Shown here one piece after another: positions 1-12,700 of a stretch of 64,000 nt of DNA. Position numbers and translations under genes: made by a program. The stretch comes from Owenia fusiformis (lineage: Eukaryota): the NCBI GenBank assembly GCA_903813345.2, contig CAIIXF020000001.1, positions 29,016,001 through 29,080,000 of the forward strand, in the 5' to 3' direction. The notes under the pieces are model-generated. The model was not told the origin of the DNA. It saw only the letters and a program-made list of their open reading frames with translations, and ran no database searches. Position 1 is the first letter of the stretch. Each line of letters starts with the position of its first letter.

Positions 1-617
1 CATAAAGCAGGTTTATCTTAACTGTGACTCAAATTGGTGGAGAGTCTTTTATTTCATCCAAGAAATAAGTTGTTTTTTGAGTAGTGAAAACACATTCTGG
101 AACAAATGTTCTTTCATACACCAAAAAATTAATCAAAGCATTAACATGACAAAATGTCACACCTAGTTGCTCACAATATCATTAGTTCAATCTTAAGTCA
201 GATTTGACTTAGTCAGATTTGAACTTCTGAAAACTTAATTAAGATTTTGAAAAAAATTGATGTCAGTCTCAACAGTATTTGTTAAGCAATTGGAAGTTCT
301 AAGAATTTGTTACAAATGCTAACCGCCACCTGCCGATCACCAACTGCCGCCACAAAAAAAACAGAGACCATAACAATTCATTATGTCACCACCAAAAAAT
401 GGTGACATACCATTTTTTGGTGGTGACATAATGAAACTGGACTGATATAAATATCACAAGCAGTAACACACAAATCTATGATTTTCAAGTTGAGCTATGA
501 ATGAATTTTGGTTGGCTAGCTATGAATCATTTGGAATTTAGAAATAGTAGATAATAGACAAGGAATAACATAAGCAGAAGAATGATTTTTTAAAAAGTTA
601 CATAAAATTGAACTTAC

Positions 618-714
618 TGTAGTATCAGCATCTATACTTTCAAACATTACAATTGGCACAGTAATTTGTTGTGTTGCAGATTTCTTAAACCAGTTAATTC
701 CTTCTTTTCCATGT
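618..714 (-). CDS. Receptor exon, juxtamembrane cytoplasmic region
   Basis: HGKEGINWFKKSATQQITVPIVMFESIDADTT; phase 2-0; ITVP is at a Box1-like position. Confidence 0.78.
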
Positions 715-3700
715 CTGAAATTAAATAAAAAGGAAATGTAATGAGATTTTGATTTGTCGAACTTGATGATATAATGAAAAAAATGACATTGAGATTTCTA
801 CAAATCTGATTGCCTTGTGGCATAAATATATCTTGTATTGATTTTAGGATTCTTATTGCTCTCCAATGTCACTGTATCACACACTTTGATGTCAGACCTT
901 TTCTGCTAAAAAAAATTTAAAGATTTCACATAAAAAGTATGACACCTTATGAAATACTGACTTTCTGGGGCGCAATATTTTATGTATTTGAATCATTGAA
1001 TAATCAAATATAAAATAATATTAAATATACTTACTTCAAACAGACACGTAGGCCTATTCCGGCTAATAGGACTACAAAAACGGAAACAGCTGCAATTAGT
1101 CCCCAATGCCAGGGTCTCAGTCCTACAAAAATAAGAAATAGTAATTGACAACAAAAAATCCACATGACACATCAATATCTGCATGTGCACTGCACACTTG
1201 CAGATACTGATATCAATCCATGAATAAAAAGGCATTAACGCGCAAAATAACACCACCTAGTTGGTCACAATATTGTGAGTTTAAATCTGAAGTCAGATTT
1301 GAACTTCTAAGAACTTAAATGATTTAAAAAAATAAAAAGATCAATTTGAAGCAAGTTGAAAAATAACTTTTTGACCTTTTATGACAGATTTGAATTTCTA
1401 AGATTTTGTAAATGATTTAAAAAAAGATTAATTCAGATTTGAACTTCTTAAAACTTGTAGATGATTTTGAAAAAAATGAAGTCAGTCTAATCAGTACTTG
1501 TTAAGTTATTGGAAGTTGTAATAATTTGTTACAGACACTGACAATATGTCAACACTTTTGGTGATAACATAATGGTGTTACATTACTATCAATTCATGAA
1601 TAGAATGATATTATAATATCAATTCCTGAATAATGATATTAATGTCAACTCATGAATAAACAAGGCATTATGATGCCAAATGTCACCACCTATCATTTGT
1701 TACAGACACAAACGCCAAACACCAACAACCAAACACCATCCACCAAATGTATGGTTAAACACAATGTGTGAATATGATTTAAAAGAAATATTACCTGTGA
1801 ATCTTGAAGTGGCAATCACACATTTACTTTGATAACTCTGATGACCTCCCTCAGAGTATGATGACATCTCAACACAATATTTACCCTCTGGTACTCCTGG
1901 TATTGTTACCCGGAGTTTGTTTGCTCCGGTAACAATATGTACTTTGACTGAAAAAGGAAATGTGCTAGGTATTACTTGTAAGCTTCCTCTAGGAATCGCT
2001 AGATGTGTAGCCAAGGCATCAACACAAAATAAATAAATATGATAGCCTATTAATTTTGAAGGTTGAATTGTATTTTCAAATTACATCTTAAGCTTAGTGG
2101 CCTTTATGGCAAACCAAGACCTAAATTGTTTTCCATGATCATGAGTTTTTCAGGATTATTTTATTTCCAAGTCAGTGTGTAGAAGACTATGTCATTAGAC
2201 TGCTACTCACCATTAGAAATAACATTATGTGGATAGTAGAAGATAGTCCATCCTAAGACTGGAGATTTCATCTCACTACATAGATATGGTTCCCATGAGA
2301 CAGTTAAGCTTTCACTGACATCAGAGTCATTAATGGCAACAATTCCTTTAGGAGCTTCAACCCTTGCTGAATACAACAGAAGCAATTTAATTAATTTGTG
2401 GTTGAGGGATTTGGTTCATACCTTGTTAACTTAACTTGTTGGTATGTAACTTATTCTCTATTTAGTTTAAAATATCAGCCTCTGTTTTAAATACAAATAA
2501 TTATATACATTTAATTGGTTAGGTCACCATTTGTATTAACACCTCTGAAAGGCTAAAACCTAAATATTCTGTAATATAATGAGCTGTAATGTTTTTAAGC
2601 ATGTGACTTCTTTTATACTTACGTATGGAATAATCATACAAGCAATCTGCCCAGTTGATCCCAGAATGGATCTTCCCATTAAATACTGACACACCATATA
2701 AGTTATTAGTTGCCCCTTCTAAACTCATCATATGGCTTGTTTCCCCATTCTCCAAGACTTGACTTACAATGGGTATCTGAAATAATGTGCATGAAATACA
2801 TAAAGTTCATATATGAAGCTTCTGATCAATCAGACTGGTCCATTCGCATACTCAAAATTGATACAAGAGCTGAAGCTCTCTTCAAAGGTATTTCACAATA
2901 ACTCAGGTGCGAGTAGGTAGTTACCAGTTTCACCACCAGGTGGCTCATTCGGGTCAGATAGCGTGCTGGGTATACTAGGAGGTTCCCTTTAACTTAAATA
3001 TTATTAGTTTTAGTGGTTCAATTTTCATATCACCCTTACGTATCTAATGCAAATTAAAATATGCCCAGTAAAGGAAAATATTATCTGTCCAATACAAGAA
3101 AAGTTATTTCACTTTTTGTGATTTTATAACATGGCGTCTATGGGGAATCTGCCCAAGTGGAAGTCACATTTTCCCCAAAAATTAATTTTTCAAAGTTGAC
3201 AAACAATTTTCAAAACTATATTTCTCGTACTTTTACATGTAGATTTAAAATATGACATCACTTTGACTGAATTTTGAATATTTAATGACGTAAATCATTT
3301 CTTCTCGCCTCTAGTCTATTAAAATCAATTTACTTCTCTCTCTTAGGAAATATCGTAACACCTGTCTTAATTAATACCTCTCTCTAGTGACCACATGTGT
3401 CTAGTGAACACCTCTTCTCAGCACATACTCCACTGAATTCTGAATAAAATTCCCTCTGTAGTGAACACCTACCTATAGTGAACACATTTTTATGGATCCA
3501 TGGGTTCACTGAACATAGGTTTTACTGTACATAATCCCCATTTCATCTACATGTATTTATCTCTGCTATATAAAAGTGACCACATGTGCAAGTTGCTTTA
3601 ACTATGCAAAAAAATTACTAACATGCTATCAACTATATGTCCTCTGCTACTCACCTTTTCATTACAAACTTTGTCATTGAATGCTACTCTTGGACAATAA

Positions 3701-6700
3701 AATATAGTCGCTTTTTCTGACTGTCCAATATTGAAAGTCACTGTAATGTTATTTACATCACTGAAGGCCACTAGTTGCTGAACAGGAAACACTGGAAAAA
3801 TGATTAAATTGATTAATTGTCTTATACAAGAGGTAATAATGAAAAGACATCAATTTTTTAAATTACTATATTCAATGTTCCATTTCTAAAAATGAATTCA
3901 TATCATATTTAATGGGACATTCCTTCCTACTCTATTGCAGCCTTGAAATTGTAGGTATTGCAGATTCTTAAGTATCAACAATACTTCTAAAACTATGAAA
4001 AATAGTTTAAGGTTCGGTTAAATTGCTTCTTTTAACACTGCATGACATTTAAAGATAACCTACAGGAACTGATGTCATCAACTCATATTCTCTATGATTT
4101 TAATCCTATACATGTCTTAATTTGTATACCTTGACAGGCCTTACAGTGTTATTTGCTTGGCAAGTAAGGATTCAGTTTTGATCTTTTGATACTATCCTTG
4201 CTATTACATGTATAAGTGAGCTCATGAGACAATGACATCAAATTTATCAGAAATATTGTTAGATAGCAGCATACTAGAAATGCATACACTTAATTTAATA
4301 AAAAATAATCTAACATCCGTAGAGACAGAAATGAATATTTTAGCCTAAATATTTTTATTCAGGTTATGTTCTTCACAATAACTTGACACCAGAAAATACA
4401 GAAATATGTCCTACTGAAGAACCCTAATTTTTATAACTTGGAACCTTTACTCACCTCACAGCAATGAGTTCATTTTCACTTACCTTGTTCAGCTCCGGGT
4501 ACTTCAATAAACTTTTGTGAGTTAGAACTATACCCAACTTCAGTTCTACACTCAACTACCAATCTGTATGCACTGTCCTGTTTTAATGTGGTGGAACACA
4601 TGTTCCTATCTGCAGGAACAACACACAGAGTTGCAGCATTATACGAGATTGTAGGAACATCTTCTGACACATCACGGACACGACAATCTATAAGGATGCC
4701 ATTCTTATCTTCTTGTGGGATATCCTTCAATAAAATAGAATAAAGGTTGAGTTTATACCATATACCTGTATACAACAGACAACATTCAATTTGTATATGG
4801 TATCTATATACTGGTACAACAGGCTAAAGCAACAAGGGAAGCTGTCAATATTTCAATGTCTGATTAAACTTATGATAAAATATAGGGATGGCGATTTGGA
4901 GGGAATCATTTTCAACTTCTAACGTGATACAAGGTATTCAACTAAATATGAATGTATATTTTTTATACACAATTTTTATTACGACAGATTAAAAATTACT
5001 GTTATCTTATTAACAATAACATGGGATAAGTGTTAAAATTCAGCAAAATTATGAGTTTTTACCTCCCAATACACAACAGCTGTTCGGGTGGAATCTGATG
5101 GATTTACATCTCTTGTTTCAAATCCACCTCCATGGACACCTGGCCCTCTTGCAGGGACTGAAATAAACACAAGTGAAAATAAATGGATGTCTAACTTAGA
5201 ATTCTGTTGCACTATTAAAACAGCTTTACAAGACCCATCTACATGATCTGAGTGGGATGCTAATTGCTGAACTTAACCAGTTTGCAAGGAAAGAGTGAAG
5301 ATTGGTTGAAAGAATAGTACTGTAATCAGTTTGTAAGTCCCTGTTGTTACTATTTGAAAGTGTCAATATTCCAGCAAAAACATATTTGAATATTGATTTT
5401 GATTGAACAATTATTAATTATTTAGTTAACATGACATTTCAAGACTAGGCCATACAATGGTGACTCACTATCTTGTTTAGTCCTTGCTTTGTCCTGTTTA
5501 CTGTCACTCCATGCTTCAGGATCAGAGCTATTCCTAGAGGCGACCTTAACAGCCACATCAAAAGTGTAGTCTTGATATGGATGTAGCCCTTCTACAAGGA
5601 ACCAAGTCCCGTCTGTTTCACCAGCATTCTGAAAAATCAACTTCTATTTAACAAAAATGCTCAAACACGTGCATTATAAACATAACATAAGTGCCTACCA
5701 AACTGTGCCTACATGGCCTAGCCCTGTATCTATGTCAAAAATTAATATCTTTAAATTTCCAATCATATAAGTGTTTCACGTTTCGCATTAAGATGTGGTT
5801 AAATTTCTAATGATTTTATTTGATATTAGCCCTATTTACACTAAGCGCAGTATTCTAAGATGTTTTGGCTAAAACGTTTTAGAAAAATTAAGTTGAGTTT
5901 ACAAATGTACATTACCATTTTCAAGACGTCTTAAGAAATAAGATCGAGTTTACACTTGTTTTCCTAAAACGTTTTAGAGATATGTAGGTATACATGTAAA
6001 ATGAAAAAAAAGCAGTACTGGTTAAAGGACGGTTCAGTCAATATAGCTATTCCTTTCCCACTTCTGTACTTTGTACCCGACTTTGTACCTAAGAATGCAT
6101 CGGTTTCAGAAAAATATGTCCTAAAGACAGCATTGTCAAAAGCATGAAAGAGAGCAGGAAGATTTTATGCATAAATTAGAATTATGATAAATCGCCAGGC
6201 AAATAAGTTCTTCTCAATAATTTTGGGATGATATTGGGAACAAGGGATAAGAAAAAATAAAGGACCATGCGACATTGTAAATGGAAAGTTTCAAATGTTT
6301 CGTTCGGTGCAACGCAAAAAAACAGGGCCAAGAGCTCTTAGCTAAAATCGATGGATTTACACTCGCTTGTAAAACGTTTTAACGCTAAGACGTCTTGGCA
6401 ATGACTAGGGTCCTAAAACGTTTTAGCTAGGCGCTCCTAGCCGAGAGCTCTTGAGTAAATCTGGATTTACATTACATTTGTAAAACTTTTTAACACTAAA
6501 ACGTTTTAGCTAAGACGTCTTAGCACGCAAGTGTAAATCCAACAATTATATACTTTTCTTACCTCACTGGTACTCACCTAGTTACGCTGACGATACGTCA
6601 GCGTAACAAGATGGAAGAACTTCGTTTTTGGTAAGTTAAGTCAAGTTGTAAACAATAATTTGGCTCAAAGTTAAGGAAGATAGTCTAGTTTAAGAATATG

Positions 6701-9700
6701 CAGGCGGTTCTATGTTTGATATATTAACGAAGACGCAATTCACATATTTAGTTCCTCGCTTTTGTTACATTGACGATCTTCACCAATATTGTCACATTGG
6801 CAATATCCATGAAGATTGTCAACATAACAAAAGCGAGGGACTAAATATGTAAATTGCGTCTTTGTAATACCAAACATAGAACCGCCTGCATATTCTCAAA
6901 CTAGACTATCTTCCTTAACTTTGAGCCAAATTATTGTCTACAACTTGACTTATGAGTGGTGTAGAATCGAGAAATAAAAATATCTTACCGAAAACGAAGG
7001 CCGGAAGTTCTTCCATCTTGTTACGCTGACGTATCGTCAGCGTAACTAGGTGAGTACCAGTGTTACCTACTGCTAACAATGTTTATGCAATAAAACTTCG
7101 CAAATAACATGTATTGTAAACGATTAACTTCAAATATGTAATAAAATGATTGATCAAAGGATTAAATAAAAAGGCAGGTGAACCAACAATGTAGCTAACT
7201 GTTACGTTCGAAAATAACAGAAAGTAAAAACAGCAATTAAAATATAACAATGTACAGTAATATATTTTTGAAAACTAAATGCGATGACAATAATATATAA
7301 AAGTCAATACTTATGATACGTAGATGTAGAGAAATGATACGCCTGTCTCTTGATGTCGATAAATATCCTTGAGAATGTTCCAGATCACGAAGCGTTTCAA
7401 TAATCGTCAATAATGCTCCAATGTTTGTAATAATCCAATAATGTTTGTTGTAATCCTATAATGTTCGTATCCAATAATGTTTAATGATAATCCACAAAAG
7501 TTTGATGATAATCCACAAATGTTTATGATAATCCACGAATGTATATGATAATCGGTATATAGTGTGTGTTATAATATATGTCCATATAAAGTCCTCAGGT
7601 TGTATGCTTGCACTGTTATAAATGTTCCCAAAGTAGGTGTCTGTAATTTTCTGCTAAGAAGATGTCCTTTTGATAGACTTTGAAATTCTGCTTTATTTAG
7701 TTCCCTTGAGATGTCCAGTTGATGACTTATAATTATCTGCTAATGAGAGTCACTGTGCTGTTCTTTTTATAATGTGAAAGAATAATCCAGAAACGAATCT
7801 TCTGGAACTACATCTTGATTGGACATCTTTAGTGACATGATTAAATTTTAATGAATGGTTATAATTTCTAGAACTATCTGGATGGTCAAGGGTTAATGAG
7901 TCATTCAGTTCAGTTTTGTTTACAAGATACAGTGTATAATGTCATTGTGACCTTGACCTAAGATCTCTAATGAAGAATAGCTCAACATATACAGCAAGCA
8001 TAGATTACAAATTAAAAAACTATAGGTGAATATAGTAGAATATAATATACATGTAGCTCACTACTGTAACACCTCCCTCCTTAAAAGAAAAGTTTTGAAT
8101 GCAATGAAAAACTTTTACAATAATTTCTTGAGCAGTGAGCGTTTTACAATTTCTAAAAGTGAGGTTGAGACTTACATGATATTAACTTTACAAGTTCTTT
8201 TATATGCAGTATGTTTACAAATAATATAATACTTTCTATCGTTACAGTGTGAGTACAATCTAATAACATATAATGTTCTTATAATCACATACTACAATAA
8301 TATCTACATAAGTTATGCATTAAGTCATAAATACAGTACACGAAATAGATCATATAACTTGTACAATAGCATACATTTTGAGTCTGACAAACACTAAACT
8401 AGTACAATGTTTTAAATTATCACATGATCTTATGTAAGTATTTCTAATAGTACACTCTGATGTTATCAAGTAATCTTGTGACATTATTTAATGATCACCT
8501 ATAATGCTCACACATAATATCAATTTCACTATTTAGGCAAATGTTTTTATATACAGTATATAAGTGACAGTTATCTCAAATCTCCAATTTGCCTATCATA
8601 TAATATAATCTTCATGAGTTAATCATTATAATTTACAATATCTGACTCTTGAATAACATATAGTTGTCATTTACATAAAAGTTTGGCCTATGAGCTAAGA
8701 GCGCAAGCTCATGTTGAGTAAAGAAATTTTATCACGCTCAACATACTTTTTCATCATGTGTAACTCTTTACACCTCACAGGAGTAGTTTTATCAATGCAA
8801 AAGAAATCATTCAGCACTGAGTCAGATTGTAAGTCAGATATGAGCTCCTTTGGTAGCTCCACTAATGTGTAATTGTTGATTTGTGATTTCACAATATACT
8901 TTGTTTTGGTATTTCTAAGCATAAGGTGTGATTTTATTTCTAGAAACTGTGTGGCCATAGACAAAATAGTGAGCAGATATTGATTATAAGATTTTGCTTT
9001 TGGTAATGGACCAACACAGTCAATAAGAACCTTACTGAATGGTTCATCAAATGCAGGTATAAGTTGTAAAGGAGCAATTGAGGTTTTCTGGTTAGGTTTC
9101 CCTACCATTTGACATGTATGGCAAGACCTACAATACTCTTGGACATCTTGTTTTAATTTGGGCCAATAGAAATGATTGAGTATTTTATGGTATGTTTTAG
9201 TTACTCCTAAATGACCTGCCATGCGAGAATCATGAGCTAGACTCAAGATTTCCTTATGATATAATTTTGGGACAACAATTTGATGTACAATTGCCCAATC
9301 GTCTTCAGGGGAAGCTTCAGGAGGTCTCCACTTTCGCATTAATATGCCATCCTTTTTGTAGAAACAAACAGGGACCTTATCAGCTTCATCAATAGTAAGA
9401 CATCTTTTATGAAGATCAATGAGTGATGGATCATGCTCTTGTTCATAAATTAACATGTGTTTAGAATGAGGATCATTTTTCAAAGAATCACTATCAGAAA
9501 TAGAGGATGAAACCTCAGAACTAGAAGAGGATGAAACCTCAGAACAAGGAGGGGATGAAACCTCATGAACACTAGCAGAAGAAGATGAAACTTCATCAGG
9601 ACTAGCAAGAGCGGGCGAAACCGCATTAAAATAGTGATCCTGCTCAGAAGGTGAATCACCCCTGGCAATAGGCTTTTTCAATGAAGAATATGCCTCATTA

Positions 9701-12700
9701 GATCGCTGCTTGGCTTGAACAGAAGGCTGTTTCAATGAAGAATTTGCCTTTAAAATAGGATAAGGACCATCTTTAACAAGTGGTGAGTGACATTCATCAT
9801 CAAACAAGGAGCTTAAAAACCCACTATCAAAGTCATCTCCCACAGACGAATCCCCGCTATTAGCTAACTTTTTAGCCATAGCCCTAGTAACAGCACAAGC
9901 AGGATATATATCAGAGTCCTCTTGGAAAGAATCCTCAATAGAACAAGGCTGATCAGAAACAATGGGGTCTAATGATACCTTACCCCCAGCTAAATCATTG
10001 CCTAAAAGCAATGCGACTCCTTCAACAGGAAGTTGTGGCCTAACACCAACAATAACTGGCCCTTTGACTAACTCCGATGTGATATGAATACGATGGAGGG
10101 GAACTTTAGTAAAACCTAATTCAATGCCTTGCATCAAAATATGGGTACCTGTGAATGACTCCTCAGATAAAGGAAGGACACCTTTTAACAACAAAGTCTG
10201 AGATGCACCCGTGTCTCTAAGAATCTTAATTGGCTTTGAATTGGTACCATCACTTGACAGTGACACAGATCCTTCTGACATGAAAGGCTTATATTCCTCC
10301 ATAATATCACTATGAGTAGATTTCTCAGTATGAGTATATGAATCCCAAACAATGGGCTTTCTTGAAATGGGAACAGTAGCACAACCATTTGAATGAGCAG
10401 AACCAGACATCTCTCTTCTATTCTTAATCCTATAGCATTCAGAAATAAGATGACCAGGCTTTTTACAATAGTTACAGGTGACATTTGATTTTGGACCTGA
10501 AGAATTTGATTGATCTGATTTTGAGCTAGAACTCTGTGATGAATTAGACTGGTCTTTTGCTTTGTTTGATGCATTTGATGATGAGGACTGATTTGATTTT
10601 GTATCATATGAAGGTTTGTTACCCTGATAACCTCTATAGTTAGGATTGCCCTTGATAAAACTACCCTTATGAGTAAGAGCATAATCATCAGACAGGGTGG
10701 CAGCTTGACTTAAAGTTTCTACCTTGTGTTCATCTAAGTAAGTTCGAATACGGCGCTGAACACAATTTTTAAATTGTTCTATAAGCATAAGCTCTCTGAG
10801 CTTCTTAAAGTCTTCAGATGCATCTTTAGAGACAAGCCACCTGTCAAAAAATTGCTCTTGCTTCCTAGCAAACTCTACATAGGTTTGATCATCTTGTTTA
10901 TAAGTATACCTAAATTTTTGCCTATATGCTTCTGGCACTAGTTCATAGGCTTTAAGGACAGCCTTTTTAACTTGATCATAATCAGAGCTTGCTTCAATGG
11001 AGAGAGCTGAGTACACCTCGCTAGCTTTACCAGTAAGCTTGCTTTGAAGCATCACAGGCCATGCTGATTTTGGCCAATCTAGGCACAAGGCGACCTTTTC
11101 AAAATGAGGAAAATATTTATCAACATTATTCTCTTCAAACTTTGGTACAAGTTCAATGTTTTCTGCTGCATCGAACCTATTTTTAAAACATTGATGCTCA
11201 AGAGCATGTTCTTCATATTTGTATTTAGCTTGCAACTCAAGCTGTTTTAATTCAAATTCTTGTTGCATTTCTTTTTCTCTCATTTCATTTTGAAATTTAA
11301 GTTCAAGCTCTCTCAGTTGCAATTTTTGTGGAAATTCAAGCTCTTTAAGTCTAATAGGATCCTGCTCAACATGCTGGGCTGGCTGCTCAGTCAGAAGTGA
11401 TTCTGCGACCAAATATTGAAGTACAAAGTTTTTAATTGTACTTTTATTGTATGAGCTTTTGATTGACAGGCCAACATGTTTTGCAATTGCCAGAAGTTCA
11501 CTTTTCTTTAACTTGTCAAACTCCTCCAAAGAGGGCGCTTCTAAAAATGTCTCAACCTCAAAACTCATTTTCAATTAATTGCTGTCTTCACAATATAAAT
11601 TCACAATTTTCGAATTTTGAAATATTTGAATTTTAGCTTGTTGTGGTTGTATCCCGGACGAGCCCCCAATTTCTGTTACGTTCGAAAATAACAGAAAGTA
11701 AAAACAGCAATTAAAATATAACAATGTACAGTAATATATTTTTGAAAACTAAATGCGATGACAATAATATATAAAAGTCAATACTTATGATACGTAGATG
11801 TAGAGAAATGATACGCCTGTCTCTTGATGTCGATAAATATCCTTGAGAATGTTCCAGATCACGAAGCGTTTCAATAATCGTCAATAATGCTCCAATGTTT
11901 GTAATAATCCAATAATGTTTGTTGTAATCCTATAATGTTCGTATCCAATAATGTTTAATGATAATCCACAAAAGTTTGATGATAATCCACAAATGTTTAT
12001 GATAATCCACGAATGTATATGATAATCGGTATATAGTGTGTGTTATAATATATGTCCATATAAAGTCCTCAGGTTGTATGCTTGCACTGTTATAAATGTT
12101 CCCAAAGTAGGTGTCTGTAATTTTCTGCTAAGAAGATGTCCTTTTGATAGACTTTGAAATTCTGCTTTATTTAGTTCCCTTGAGATGTCCAGTTGATGAC
12201 TTATAATTATCTGCTAATGAGAGTCACTGTGCTGTTCTTTTTATAATGTGAAAGAATAATCCAGAAACGAATCTTCTGGAACTACATCTTGATTGGACAT
12301 CTTTAGTGACATGATTAAATTTTAATGAATGGTTATAATTTCTAGAACTATCTGGATGGTCAAGGGTTAATGAGTCATTCAGTTCAGTTTTGTTTACAAG
12401 ATACAGTGTATAATGTCATTGTGACCTTGACCTAAGATCTCTAATGAAGAATAGCTCAACATATACAGCAAGCATAGATTACAAATTAAAAAACTATAGG
12501 TGAATATAGTAGAATATAATATACATGTAGCTCACTACTGTAACATAACATACCCCCTCATGTATGTTTAATTTAAAATAACTCAGTTGTAGAACATGAG
12601 CTATTTAACTTCTTTGAAAAAACTGACGAGCAGCTTTCCTACAATGGTGATGACAAGAGTTATGGAAACTATTTCTTTAATGGCTTCCAAAAAAGCTAAT

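Larger units (their letters stand above)
7200..12545 (-). mobile_element. Non-autonomous Gypsy (Gmr1-like) LTR retrotransposon
   Basis: 872-bp LTRs TG...CA, 4-bp TSD TAAC (7196-7199, 12546-12549), tRNA-Pro PBS, PPT, gag-protease-integrase order, no RT/RNase H. Confidence 0.95.

Noticed and set aside
9480-10688. ORFs 9480-9668 and 10185-10688 overlapping gag-pol
   Set aside because: Alternate-frame shadows of Ser-rich low-complexity regions.
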